From assembly GCA_041640635.1 (NCBI GenBank), contig JBEPZX010000001.1, positions 32,001 to 96,000 on the forward strand: a stretch of DNA of 64,000 nucleotides, read 5' to 3'. Below the pieces are notes generated by a model. It had not been told where the DNA came from, made no database searches, and saw nothing but the letters and a program-made list of their open reading frames with translations. The stretch is from Aquificaceae bacterium (lineage in GTDB: Bacteria; Aquificota; Aquificia; Aquificales; Aquificaceae). Positions 47,782 through 59,571 of the stretch are shown here, piece by piece. The translations under genes and the position numbers were made by a program. Numbering within the stretch: the stretch's first letter is position 1; each line of letters starts with the position of its first letter.

Positions 47782-48866
47782 TTCTTGGGTTTATATAACC
47801 ATACAAAAAAACCTATAATGGGGAAAGTTGCCATCAAAAGAGCTGAAAGTTTGTAGTTGTTATTTGTTACAAGCAATAAAAAACTCCAAATAAAAAGACC
47901 TATACTCGATGATATTCTTTCTGTGAGTGAAAGAAAGGACATTCTTACTGAAACTTCGCCTTTTGAAAAGTTTTCTATTAGATATACCCTTGAAACTGTC
48001 CAAAGATGAGCTAAAGAAAAACCTCCCAGAAAGCCTATACCAATTAAAAGTTCTCTTGGAACAAAGTATAGAGAAATCAAAAAAGCTAACCAAAGAAAAA
48101 AACCTATGGGAAAGATCCTTTTACTGTTGTATTTATCTACGACTTTTCCCCAGAAGATCCCACCTATAACGCCACCTAATGCAGAGAATCCTATAGTTTT
48201 ATATATATCCGTGTCATCAAGAAGGTAAACTTTCTTCAAATAAATACTCATCATGGCTATCAGTGTGTTAGCAACTTCGGTTAAACATAGTAAAGAAATC
48301 ATGAAAAGTAAGAAACTTTTGTCTGAAAAAATGCTCCTTAAATTTGCTATTGATTTGTGTCTAGGATTTTCTAGAACTATTAAGGAGGGCAGAGATATTA
48401 AAAGAAATATTAAAGGAACTACCAAAAATACACTTGGAATTTCTAGAATGTTAATCAGAAACAGTAATGCAGAAGCTGAGCCTATATAACCCAAGGCCAC
48501 TCCAAAACCAGATATAAAACCTTTCTTTTCAAAGGAAGCTAGTAAAGAGTTGTAGAAAATCATAGATTGTTGGTGACTTATAGCCATTAATGAGTATAAA
48601 AAAAGTGCTAAAAAGGGGAGTATATAAGTGAAGTATATGAAAACCCCAAATAAAGTTGTTAGGAGAACAAAAAAAATAAAAAAGTGTTTTCTAAGAGCTC
48701 TTCTATCTGCTATTTTACCAAAATACAAAGCGAGAAAAAAAGATACGAGAAAAGAAAACCCGTAAACTAAAGAGTAAACTTTAGTGTCTATATGCTTAGT
48801 TATATATAAGGGGAAAAAGGTGGAAAAGATAAGAGCTCCAAGAATAGTTTCTGCTGAATCGAACAA
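47754..48866 (-). CDS. MFS transporter (Atg22/UMF1-like); true start may be CTG at 48899
   Basis: About 12 TM segments; FGKIADR, FYNSLL, G.ISGFG.ALGYIG. Confidence 0.8.
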   Translation of the reverse strand: MFDSAETILGALIFSTFFPLYITKHIDTKVYSLVYGFSFLVSFFLALYFGKIADRRALRKHFFIFFVLLTTLFGVFIYFTYILPFLALFLYSLMAISHQQSMIFYNSLLASFEKKGFISGFGVALGYIGSASALLFLINILEIPSVFLVVPLIFLLISLPSLIVLENPRHKSIANLRSIFSDKSFLLFMISLLCLTEVANTLIAMMSIYLKKVYLLDDTDIYKTIGFSALGGVIGGIFWGKVVDKYNSKRIFPIGFFLWLAFLISLYFVPRELLIGIGFLGGFSLAHLWTVSRVYLIENFSKGEVSVRMSFLSLTERISSSIGLFIWSFLLLVTNNNYKLSALLMATFPIIGFFVWLYKPKNYTSSFTSL

Positions 48867-48882
48867 ACCAAAGCTAAGTACC

Positions 48883-51800
48883 TTAAGCTTTTCTTTCAGC
48901 TTGAGCTACCTCGCATTCATCGCTTTCCCCATATGTACTTCTCTTACATTGTTCCAAAGGTATAACTTTATAAAATTTGTTTACAAAGTCAGAGAGATTA
49001 TCCAATATGTATCTTCCCCATGCACTCTGTGTGTACCTTACATGTTTTTCCAATACGCTTTTTAGTTCTTCCGTCTCTCTTTCTTTCAATTTTCTGATTG
49101 TTACGTAACTTGGGTTTATCTTTTTCTCCAAGTCTTCATCGAGGATGTATGCATATCCACCTGTCATTCCAGCACCTACATTGAAGCCAACTTTGCCTAA
49201 AATTACCACCAAGCCACCCGTCATGTATTCACAGCAGTGAAGACCTGCACCCTCTACACAGGCTATAGCTCCACTGTTTCTGACAGCGAAGCGTTCACCT
49301 ACTGTGCCCGCTATATAAAGCTCTCCACCAGTGGCTCCGTAGAGAATAGTATTTCCAGCTATAGTGTGATTTTGAGTGTCCTTTACATCTGTTGGTCTAA
49401 TAACTATTCTTCCACCGTACATCCCCTTACCTACGTAATCGTTAGCATCACCAAAAAGCGTTAAAGACATACCTTTATGATTGAAAGCTCCAAAACTCTG
49501 CCCTGCTGTTCCTCTAAACACCAAGTTTATTGTATCTTCTGGTAAGCCTTCATCTCTATACTTTAATGCTATGTAATAAGCAAGTCTGGTAGGTATGCTT
49601 CTATCTATGTTTCTAATTTCATACTCTTTGTAAACCTTTTCACCCTTTTCTATGTATGGAAGTATTTCTTCTTCTATTTTTTTTGCAAGTTCTGACCGCC
49701 TTGGATTGTCATTTTTTTCTATCGAGCACTTAAGAGGCTTGTCCTTTGAATAATTTTCTTTTAGAAATTCCTCAAGCTTCACTCTCTTGGATCCTGGCAA
49801 ATTGTCAAAGGTTCTTATTTCCAAAAGCTCCTTTCTTCCTATAACTTCATCCAAAGATCTAAAGCCCATAGAAGCTAAAATTTCTCTAACTTCTTGTGCA
49901 ACGGCTTTAAAGTAAGCCATTATGTCTTCCACTTTACCTTTGAACTTAGCTCTATACTTTGGATCTTGAGTAGCTACCCCTGTAGGGCATTGATTGGTGT
50001 GACAAAGTCTTGCCATTACACACCCTTCTGCTATCATAGCTGCTGTTCCGAAACCGAACTCCTCAGCGCCTAAAAGAGCCGCTATTACTACATCCTTACC
50101 TGTGCGCATTCCACCATCAACTCTCAATCTCACTTTATCACGTAAACCATTTTCCATAAGGACTTTGTGCGTTTCAGAAAGTCCTATTTCCCAATAATTA
50201 CCAGCGTTCTTTATAGAAGAGTATGGACTTGCACCTGTTCCACCTTCGTTCCCGCTTATTTGAATTATGTCTGAATAAGCCTTTGCGACACCAGCTGCAA
50301 TTGTTCCTACTCCTGTTTCAGAAACAAGTTTTACACATACTTTAGCCTTTGGGTTGGCTTCCTTTAAGTCGTTTATGAGCTGTGCTAGGTCTTCTATGGA
50401 ATATATATCGTGATGAGGTGGAGGAGAGATAAGTGTTACGCCAGGTTGAGCATGTCTTAATCTTGCTATATACTCATTTACTTTATGTCCAGGAAGCTGT
50501 CCACCTTCTCCAGGTTTTGCTCCTTGAGCTATTTTTATTTCTATATCTTGAGCTGATGCTAAATATGTAGGAGTGACACCAAACCTACCTGACGCTACTT
50601 GTTTTATAGCAGAGTTTTTTATGCTAAAGTACCTTTCGGGATCTTCTCCACCTTCTCCTGAGTTACTTTTCATTCCTAATTTATTGCATGCTTCTGCTAT
50701 AGCTTCGTGAGCTTCTGGTGAGAGAGCCCCAAGAGACATACCACCTGTTACAAATCTTTTGAGAATGCTTTCAACAGGCTCTACTTCATCTATTGGTATA
50801 GGCTTTTCAGCTTTTTTAAAATCTAGCAGATGCCTTATGAATGTAGGATGTTCATTGTTAGCAATTTCTGAATAGGATTTATAGTCTTGGTAATTTTTCG
50901 TCTCCAGAAATCTATGCAAAGATCTGACAACAAAAGGCGACCATGCATGCCACTCGCCACCTTTGCGAAACTTCATTTCACCGCCGTAATCCAAAGATGG
51001 ATTATCTGTTTCAAAGGCTGCATCGTGCCTTGCCAGTAAGCTATCCTGTATTTCAAATATACCATCAGCTTCCAATGTAACGGGTGTTCCCGGGAAGAAC
51101 TCCTCCACAAAGTCCTTATTTAAACACACAGTGTCAAATATCTTTGAGCCTTGATACGAGTTAAGAGTAGATATACCCATCTTAGACATTATCTTTAAGA
51201 GACCATCTTCCAAAGCTTTCTTGTAGTTAAATACAGCCCTGTCGTAAGGTATATCAATCTCACCTTTTTCGCATAGTTCTTTTATGGTTTGGTAAGCAAG
51301 ATAAGGATACACAGCAGAAGCACCATATCCTATCAAGCATGCTATATGGTGAGTGTCTCTTGCTTCACCAGTTTCCACTATCAAGGAGACTTTGTTAGAA
51401 AGACCTCTTTCCGACAACCACTTAAATACAGCCGACACAGCCAGCAAACTAGGCACAGCCAAACGATACTTATTTATGTTCCTATCTGAAAGGATAACTA
51501 TTTGAGCTCCCTCTCTTACAACCTCTTCCACTCTTCTACAGACAATTTCTACACCTAGTCTTAGATCGCATATGCTTATACCTTCGTACATAGCATCGTA
51601 AAGGATATCCGTTATACGCCTCTCACCTGCTAAATCTTGAAGTTCTGCAACGCAGTAGCTTCTTTCTTTTGGATACGTGATAGGTACACGTGCTACTTTA
51701 AAGTGCTCTTGAGTTTCTATTGCCTTAATGTGATACGAAAGTAGTATAGGGCTATCTATCTGAAGCCTTTTTGCATGTTCTGGAGTTTCTTTGAGAAAGT

Positions 51801-53379
51801 TTCTCTTGTATCCAAGGTTCATCCTTAAGGACATTACAGATCTCTCTCTTATAGGGTCTATAGGTGGATTCGTAACTTGCGCAAAGCGTTGTTTGAAGTA
51901 CCTAAACAAAAGAGGTGGTTTTTCTGCCAAAGGTGGAATGGGTGTGTCGTCTCCCATAGAGAAGGTTAATTCTTTTCCTTCTTTGGCAGCATAGGAGATG
52001 ACATTTTTTATTTCTTCTTGTGTGTAACCAAAACTTATCTGTTTTCTTAATATATCCGCATCTTCAGAAATATCTATGTTCCAGTCATTTATTACGTCTA
52101 TAAGCCTTACCAGATTTTTAGAAAGCCACTCAGAATAGGGCTTTTGTGAAGAAAGCTCCTCTAGTATTTCTTGTGTTTCTTTTACAGTACCATTCGAAAG
52201 ATCTACAAGCAATGTATCTCCAGGTCCTAACCTTCCCTTTTTCTCAATTTCTTTTTCACTAAGATCTATCATACCAACTTCTGAACCAAGAACCAAAATA
52301 CCATCCTTTGTTAAAATGTATCTGGCAGGTCTTAAACCATTCCTGTCTAGGTGTGCACCTATAACTCTACCATCGGTGAAGGCTATTGCCGCAGGTCCAT
52401 CCCATGGTTTCATAAGTAGAGACTGGTACTCAAAAAAGTCTCTAAACTCTTTAGGCATATCTGGAACGCTTTCCCAAGCTGGAGGAATTAGCATATTTAT
52501 GGCGTGTTCGGGTTTGTAACCAACTAGACACAAAAGGTCAAAGACTTTATCTAGAGAAGCAGAATCACTCTCATCGTAACTTACCAATGGTTTGATTAAC
52601 TTAATTCTATCTCCCAAGATCTCATGTTCAAGCTCATGTGAAATAGCCACCATCCAGTTTCTGTTACCTAATACCGTGTTTATTTCTCCATTATGTGCTA
52701 GATACCTAAAAGGTTGCGCCAATTTCCAATTAGGGAATGTATTAGTGGAATATCTTTGATGAAACAGGCATATAGCCGACTCTATTCTCTCATCTAGAAG
52801 CTCTGGGTAAAAAATATCCAATTGAGGAGCAACTAACATGCCTTTATAAACCATTGTGCGTGTGGATAAAGACGCTATGTAAACTTTATCTTTTATTTTC
52901 TTGTCTGTTTCTATAAGACGTCTCAAAAAGTATAGCTCTAATTCTCTTCTCTCTTGTTCCACCTTTTCGCAATCTAGCAAAAGATGGAATATTTTTGGCA
53001 TGACCTTTAGCGCCGATTCCCCTACGGCACCTTTATCTATAGGAACTTCTCTCCAAGCTACGAATGTAAAAGATGTTTTATTGATTATTTCTTGTATATG
53101 TTGTCTTAAATCTTCGTAAAAAAATAAAACTCCTACTGCTAAGTTATCTATACTGGAGATATCCAAGAACTCCTCACTCAAATAGTCCTGAAAGAATTTC
53201 CTGGGTATCTGTATAAGAATTCCTGCTCCATCGCCTGTTTTACCATCGCCTCCTACAGCACCTCTATGAGTTAAGTTTTTTACAGCTGTTATTCCCCACT
53301 TAACTATTTGATGACTTGGAACTCCACTTATGTTGCACACAAAACCTACGCCACAAGAATCGTATTCTCTAACCTCCAT
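48883..53379 (-). CDS. gltB: Glutamate synthase large subunit (probably ferredoxin-dependent)
   Basis: CGVGF N-terminal nucleophile, HRGA, HNGEIN, QVASGRFGV, CVMARLCHTNQCP 3Fe-4S motif, GXGXG domain. Start placed at ATG 53379 behind GAGGTG. No gltD adjacent. Confidence 0.95.
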   Translation of the reverse strand: MEVREYDSCGVGFVCNISGVPSHQIVKWGITAVKNLTHRGAVGGDGKTGDGAGILIQIPRKFFQDYLSEEFLDISSIDNLAVGVLFFYEDLRQHIQEIINKTSFTFVAWREVPIDKGAVGESALKVMPKIFHLLLDCEKVEQERRELELYFLRRLIETDKKIKDKVYIASLSTRTMVYKGMLVAPQLDIFYPELLDERIESAICLFHQRYSTNTFPNWKLAQPFRYLAHNGEINTVLGNRNWMVAISHELEHEILGDRIKLIKPLVSYDESDSASLDKVFDLLCLVGYKPEHAINMLIPPAWESVPDMPKEFRDFFEYQSLLMKPWDGPAAIAFTDGRVIGAHLDRNGLRPARYILTKDGILVLGSEVGMIDLSEKEIEKKGRLGPGDTLLVDLSNGTVKETQEILEELSSQKPYSEWLSKNLVRLIDVINDWNIDISEDADILRKQISFGYTQEEIKNVISYAAKEGKELTFSMGDDTPIPPLAEKPPLLFRYFKQRFAQVTNPPIDPIRERSVMSLRMNLGYKRNFLKETPEHAKRLQIDSPILLSYHIKAIETQEHFKVARVPITYPKERSYCVAELQDLAGERRITDILYDAMYEGISICDLRLGVEIVCRRVEEVVREGAQIVILSDRNINKYRLAVPSLLAVSAVFKWLSERGLSNKVSLIVETGEARDTHHIACLIGYGASAVYPYLAYQTIKELCEKGEIDIPYDRAVFNYKKALEDGLLKIMSKMGISTLNSYQGSKIFDTVCLNKDFVEEFFPGTPVTLEADGIFEIQDSLLARHDAAFETDNPSLDYGGEMKFRKGGEWHAWSPFVVRSLHRFLETKNYQDYKSYSEIANNEHPTFIRHLLDFKKAEKPIPIDEVEPVESILKRFVTGGMSLGALSPEAHEAIAEACNKLGMKSNSGEGGEDPERYFSIKNSAIKQVASGRFGVTPTYLASAQDIEIKIAQGAKPGEGGQLPGHKVNEYIARLRHAQPGVTLISPPPHHDIYSIEDLAQLINDLKEANPKAKVCVKLVSETGVGTIAAGVAKAYSDIIQISGNEGGTGASPYSSIKNAGNYWEIGLSETHKVLMENGLRDKVRLRVDGGMRTGKDVVIAALLGAEEFGFGTAAMIAEGCVMARLCHTNQCPTGVATQDPKYRAKFKGKVEDIMAYFKAVAQEVREILASMGFRSLDEVIGRKELLEIRTFDNLPGSKRVKLEEFLKENYSKDKPLKCSIEKNDNPRRSELAKKIEEEILPYIEKGEKVYKEYEIRNIDRSIPTRLAYYIALKYRDEGLPEDTINLVFRGTAGQSFGAFNHKGMSLTLFGDANDYVGKGMYGGRIVIRPTDVKDTQNHTIAGNTILYGATGGELYIAGTVGERFAVRNSGAIACVEGAGLHCCEYMTGGLVVILGKVGFNVGAGMTGGYAYILDEDLEKKINPSYVTIRKLKERETEELKSVLEKHVRYTQSAWGRYILDNLSDFVNKFYKVIPLEQCKRSTYGESDECEVAQAERKA

Positions 53380-53523
53380 ACTTTCACCTCTCATAGACAA
53401 AATGGCATATTATTTTAAAATAAACGAAACTTAAAAAACATGCAATTTATTTATGTCTAAAAGACTAAATTTTAAAAGGAGATTGACCAACTATTCATTA
53501 ATAGTGATTCTATATTTATAGCT

Positions 53524-53775
53524 ATGTGCTTAGCTATACCATCAAAAGTTATACAGATACTTGAGGAAAATAGAGCTGTTGTAGATACACTAGGGACTAG
53601 GCGCATCGTATCACTGGATCTAATTCAAGAGGATATAAAATTGGGAGACTATCTTTTAATTCACGTAGGTTTTGCAATAGCTAAGCTGGATCAAAATTAC
53701 GCTTTAGAATCGCTGAAACTACTTGAAGAGATAATACAAAGGGAGGAGGTGGATGAAGGAAGAAACGTTGTTTAA
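53524..53775 (+). CDS. hypC: Hydrogenase maturation chaperone HypC
   Basis: MCLAIP start, LIHVGFAI. Confidence 0.96.
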   Translation: MCLAIPSKVIQILEENRAVVDTLGTRRIVSLDLIQEDIKLGDYLLIHVGFAIAKLDQNYALESLKLLEEIIQREEVDEGRNVV

Positions 53776-54862
53776 TGTATTCAAGGATGCTAAGATAGTT
53801 AACGCGTTAATTAGAGAAATAAAGAATAGGATAGACACTTTTGGAAGAAAGCCCATTTACATAATGGAGTTTTGTGGAGGACATACTCATGCAATTGTGA
53901 AAAATGGTATTGATCAGCTTTTAAAAGGCTATGTTAGTTTTGTCCACGGTCCAGGTTGTCCTGTATGTGTTTTAGCTCAAAGAAGAATAGACCTTGCTAT
54001 AGAACTTGCAAAAATGAATTTCATTCTATGTGTGTACGGTGATATGCTAAGAGTTCCAGGATCGCAAAAGCAAAGCCTTATGGATATGAAAGCTCAGGGT
54101 TTGGATATTAGAATGGTTTATTCTTGTTTAGACACTATAGATATTTCTCTTGAGAATCCTGATAGAAATGTAGTGTTCTTCGCTATAGGTTTCGAAACTA
54201 CAACACCTCAAACAGCAGCTTTGATATTAAGGGCAAAACATACGAACATAAATAATCTCTATGTGGTTTGCAATCATGTTAAGACTCCACCAGTTATTGA
54301 ATATATACTAAAACAGGGTAAAGCCAAAGTAGATGCCATTATAGGTCCGGGACATGTAAGCGCAATAATAGGAACTAAACCGTATGAACATCTTGTAAGA
54401 GAATTTAAAAAACCCATAGTTATATCAGGATTCGAACCTGTTGATATTTTGAGGGCTACTTTAGCTATTGTTAATCAGTTAAATAAAGAGGTTTTTAGAG
54501 TAGAAAACGTGTACGAAAGAGTAGTTAGTCAAGAAGGTAATACCAAAGCTCAATTGCTTATAAAAGAAGTTTTTGAAGATAGAAAATCTTTTGAATTTAG
54601 AGGATTAGGCCAAGTTCCGTACTCTGCCTTTGCGATAAAAGAGAAATATAGAAAATACGATGCTGAAGTTGTTTTTGATATAAATTTACCTCCTCAAAAA
54701 GAATTAAAAGGCTGTATATGCGGAGATGTATTAAGCGGGCTTAGATCTCCACTAGATTGCAAACTCTTTGGAAACATCTGCACTCCAAAAAATCCCATAG
54801 GTTCCTGTATGGTATCTTCGGAAGGTGCTTGTAACGCCTATTATAGGTACAAAATAGCGTAA
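53753..54862 (+). CDS. hypD: Hydrogenase maturation protein HypD
   Basis: CGGHTH, GPGCPVC, GFETT, PGHVS, CMVSSEGAC. Confidence 0.97.
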   Translation: MKEETLFNVFKDAKIVNALIREIKNRIDTFGRKPIYIMEFCGGHTHAIVKNGIDQLLKGYVSFVHGPGCPVCVLAQRRIDLAIELAKMNFILCVYGDMLRVPGSQKQSLMDMKAQGLDIRMVYSCLDTIDISLENPDRNVVFFAIGFETTTPQTAALILRAKHTNINNLYVVCNHVKTPPVIEYILKQGKAKVDAIIGPGHVSAIIGTKPYEHLVREFKKPIVISGFEPVDILRATLAIVNQLNKEVFRVENVYERVVSQEGNTKAQLLIKEVFEDRKSFEFRGLGQVPYSAFAIKEKYRKYDAEVVFDINLPPQKELKGCICGDVLSGLRSPLDCKLFGNICTPKNPIGSCMVSSEGACNAYYRYKIA

Positions 54863-54895
54863 AAGATAATACGAAAAACTTTTTGATATAATTAA

Positions 54896-56353
<1,458 letters not shown>

Positions 56354-56421
56354 ATAAAGATCTATATTGGTGAATGTTTTTTTATTGTTTTTTTAAAAAA
56401 TGAGTATATAATATTAAACTT

Positions 56422-56874
56422 ATGATATACTCAGACACTGTAAGATATGCTCTTTTGGCTCTGGCTTACCTTGCATTAAACAGAGACAGGTTAGTAAAGG
56501 TAGAAGAGATAGCGGAAGCTCAGAATATCCCTAAACCCTTTCTTTCCAAGATATTCCATAAACTTTCAAGAGAGATGGTTCTAAAATCTTATAAGGGTCC
56601 AAACGGTGGTTTTGCTTTCGCTATACCTCCGGAAAATATTACAATTTTCGATTTAATGAGATACTTGGATGAAGATTATAAACTTGATCTATGTGCTTTA
56701 AGACCAGAAAGGTGCGAAAAATACGAGTTTGCACCCTGTGTTATACATGAAAAATGGACAAATGTAAGACGTCAAATACTAGAATACCTAAGAACAGTAA
56801 CTATTGCAAATTTGGCAGAAGCTGAGGCAAAATTCACTAAAGATAAAGAGGAAATTTCACTAGAAAAGGTTTAA
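56422..56874 (+). CDS. Rrf2-family transcriptional regulator with three Cys (likely Fe-S binding)
   Basis: IAEAQNIPKPFLSKI, KGPNGGF, C-x6-C-x7-C. Confidence 0.9.
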   Translation: MIYSDTVRYALLALAYLALNRDRLVKVEEIAEAQNIPKPFLSKIFHKLSREMVLKSYKGPNGGFAFAIPPENITIFDLMRYLDEDYKLDLCALRPERCEKYEFAPCVIHEKWTNVRRQILEYLRTVTIANLAEAEAKFTKDKEEISLEKV

Positions 56875-56914
56875 TGGTGTGTTAGCTTTGCCTTTTCATG
56901 TTAAAATATAACGA

Positions 56915-58162
56915 ATGCTTAAAGATTACAATCCTTACTTAGAATACAAAAACGGAGAACTTTTTATAGAAGGATTATCACTAAAGGATTTAGCGAAAGA
57001 ATTTGGAACCCCACTATATGTATATAGTGCCTCATTTATAAGAGAAAGAATTAACGCATACAAGAAGGCATTCCCTGGGGCTCTCATATGCTATGCTGTT
57101 AAAGCAAACTTCAATCCTCACATAATAAAAATCGCAAAGGAAGAAGGAGCTGGAGCTGATATAGTTTCTGGAGGTGAGCTCTTCTGTGCCTTAAAAGCTG
57201 GTGTAGATTCGCAGAAAATAGTTTACGCGGGTGTCGGTAAAACACTTCCAGAAATAGAATACGCACTAAGAGAAGACATACTAATGTTTAATGTCGAATC
57301 TATTATGGAGTTGGATGTGTTAAACCATGTTGCCAAAAAACTCGGCAAAAAAGCAAGAGTAGCTATAAGAGTTAATCCTGACGTGGATCCCAAAACTCAC
57401 CCATACATATCTACAGGTATGAAAAAAAGCAAATTTGGAGTGGATATAAGCACGGCAAAAAAGGAGTATGAATACGCAAGGAAACTCGAAAACATAGAGG
57501 TAGTAGGTATTCACTGCCATATAGGTTCGCAAATTTTGGATATTTCACCTTATATAGAAGCTGTTGAAAAAGTATTAGATCTATACAAGTATCTAACAAA
57601 GGAAGGTTTCAACATAAAGTATGTGGATATTGGTGGCGGACTGGGCATAAAGTATAAACCTGATCAATCTAATGCGGAACCACAAGATCTAGCCGATGCT
57701 ATAAGATCTTACATTAGAGAGTTTGATGCTCAGTTAATTCTCGAACCTGGACGTTCTGTGGTTGGAAACGCTGGTATACTGCTAACGCAGGTGCAGTTCT
57801 TAAAAGATAAAGGTCACAAACATTTCGTAATTGTCGATGCCGGAATGAATGACCTCGTTAGACCAGCTATGTACGACGCTTACCATCATATTGTTCCCGT
57901 TACTAAAAAAGATAGCAGATACATAAAGTGTGACATAGTAGGACCTATATGTGAAACAGGAGACTTCTTAGCATTGGACAGAGAGATAGAACAAGTTGAA
58001 CGAGAGGACTATCTGGCTGTTCTTTCTGCTGGCGCCTACGGTTTTGCCATGTCATCTCAATATAATGTAAGACCTAGAGCCTGCGAAGTTCTTGTGGAAA
58101 AAGGTTCTTACAAAGTTATCAGAAAACGAGAAACTTATGAATCTATTATAGATATGGTATAA
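56915..58162 (+). CDS. lysA: Diaminopimelate decarboxylase
   Basis: YAVKAN, HCHIGSQ, EPGR, GPICETGD. Confidence 0.96.
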   Translation: MLKDYNPYLEYKNGELFIEGLSLKDLAKEFGTPLYVYSASFIRERINAYKKAFPGALICYAVKANFNPHIIKIAKEEGAGADIVSGGELFCALKAGVDSQKIVYAGVGKTLPEIEYALREDILMFNVESIMELDVLNHVAKKLGKKARVAIRVNPDVDPKTHPYISTGMKKSKFGVDISTAKKEYEYARKLENIEVVGIHCHIGSQILDISPYIEAVEKVLDLYKYLTKEGFNIKYVDIGGGLGIKYKPDQSNAEPQDLADAIRSYIREFDAQLILEPGRSVVGNAGILLTQVQFLKDKGHKHFVIVDAGMNDLVRPAMYDAYHHIVPVTKKDSRYIKCDIVGPICETGDFLALDREIEQVEREDYLAVLSAGAYGFAMSSQYNVRPRACEVLVEKGSYKVIRKRETYESIIDMV

Positions 58163-58187
58163 TAAGGTGTTTGCTTAGGAGGTAGTT

Positions 58188-58553
58188 ATGAGAGTAAAGG
58201 GACCATCTTCCAAAAGGTTTAAAAAGAAAATTTTAAAACTTGCCAAGGGTTTTAGAGGACAAAGAAAGAACGTTTATAGAAGGGCAAAAGAGTATGTTTT
58301 TAGAGCTCTTCAATATCAATACAGAGACAGACGCCAGCGCAAGAGAGAGTTTAGGCGCTTGTGGATAGCTCGTATAAATGCTGCAGTAAGACCTTACGGT
58401 TTATCTTATAGTAAGTTTATGCATGGAGTAGCTTTGGCTAATATTCCATTGAATAGAAAAATGCTTGCCGAATTGGCTATAACAGATCCACAGGCTTTTG
58501 CTCAGGTAGTGGAAAGGGTTAAAAAAGTTCTTTCTGAACTACAACCAGCATAA
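58188..58553 (+). CDS. rplT: 50S ribosomal protein L20
   Basis: [31 protein letters not shown]. Confidence 0.97.
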   Translation: MRVKGPSSKRFKKKILKLAKGFRGQRKNVYRRAKEYVFRALQYQYRDRRQRKREFRRLWIARINAAVRPYGLSYSKFMHGVALANIPLNRKMLAELAITDPQAFAQVVERVKKVLSELQPA

Positions 58554-59563
58554 TGAACATAGAGGAAATACTAAAAAGTGCGGAACAAGATATTTCTTCT
58601 TGTTCTCAACTTCATGAACTTTACGCAACGAAAGCCAAATATATAGGGAAGGAAGGCATTGTCACTAATCTGATAAAAACGCTAAAAAATCTGTCGCCAG
58701 AAGAAAAAAAACTTTATGGACAAAGGATAAATTCACTAAAGGAACAGCTTGAAGAGCTCTTTAAAGAAAAAGAAAAACAAATAAAAGAACAAGAAGTACA
58801 GTTAGCTTTACAAAAGGAATGGGTTGATCTGACTTTCCCCATTGAAAACTCTATTGGTCATTATCATCCAATTAGCCTAACATTAGAAAGAATAAGGGAA
58901 ATCTTTTTAAGTATGGGTTTTGAAGTAATGGAAGGTCCAGAAGTAGAAAGAGAAGACTATAACTTTGACCTTTTAAATATTCCAAAGGAACATCCCGCAA
59001 GGGATATGCAAGACACATTCTATGTGAACAAAGAAGGTTATCTTCTAAGAACACATACTTCCCCAGTGCAGATAAGAACCATGCTCTCAAAAAAACCACC
59101 CATCTATATGATAGCTCCAGGGAAAGTATACAGAAGAGATGACGATCCTACGCACTCTCCCATGTTTCATCAAGTGGAAGGTTTAGTGATAACTCAAGAT
59201 GCGAACTTTAGACATATGAAATACACTATACATACCTTTTTAAAAGCCTTTTTTGAAAAAGATGTGAAGCTAAGATTTAGAAGTTCTTACTTCCCATTTA
59301 CCGAGCCTTCTGCAGAGGTGGACATAGGATGCATTATATGCGGTGGTGTAGGCTGTAGAGTTTGTAAAGGAAGCGGTTGGCTAGAAGTTATGGGATGCGG
59401 CATGGTACATCCACAGGTGCTTAAAAACTGTAATGTAGATCCAGAAACATACCAGGGTTTCGCCTTTGGTATGGGAGTTGAGCGCCTTTGTATGCTTTAC
59501 TATCAGATAGATAACATTAAGCTCTTTTACGAAAATGATCTTAGGTTTATAAGTCAATTTTAG
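58553..59563 (+). CDS. pheS: Phenylalanine-tRNA ligase alpha subunit
   Basis: HPARDMQDTFY, LRTHTS, FHQVEG, FPFTEPS, GFAFGMGVER. Confidence 0.97.
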   Translation: MNIEEILKSAEQDISSCSQLHELYATKAKYIGKEGIVTNLIKTLKNLSPEEKKLYGQRINSLKEQLEELFKEKEKQIKEQEVQLALQKEWVDLTFPIENSIGHYHPISLTLERIREIFLSMGFEVMEGPEVEREDYNFDLLNIPKEHPARDMQDTFYVNKEGYLLRTHTSPVQIRTMLSKKPPIYMIAPGKVYRRDDDPTHSPMFHQVEGLVITQDANFRHMKYTIHTFLKAFFEKDVKLRFRSSYFPFTEPSAEVDIGCIICGGVGCRVCKGSGWLEVMGCGMVHPQVLKNCNVDPETYQGFAFGMGVERLCMLYYQIDNIKLFYENDLRFISQF

Positions 59564-59571
59564 GAGCTTTT

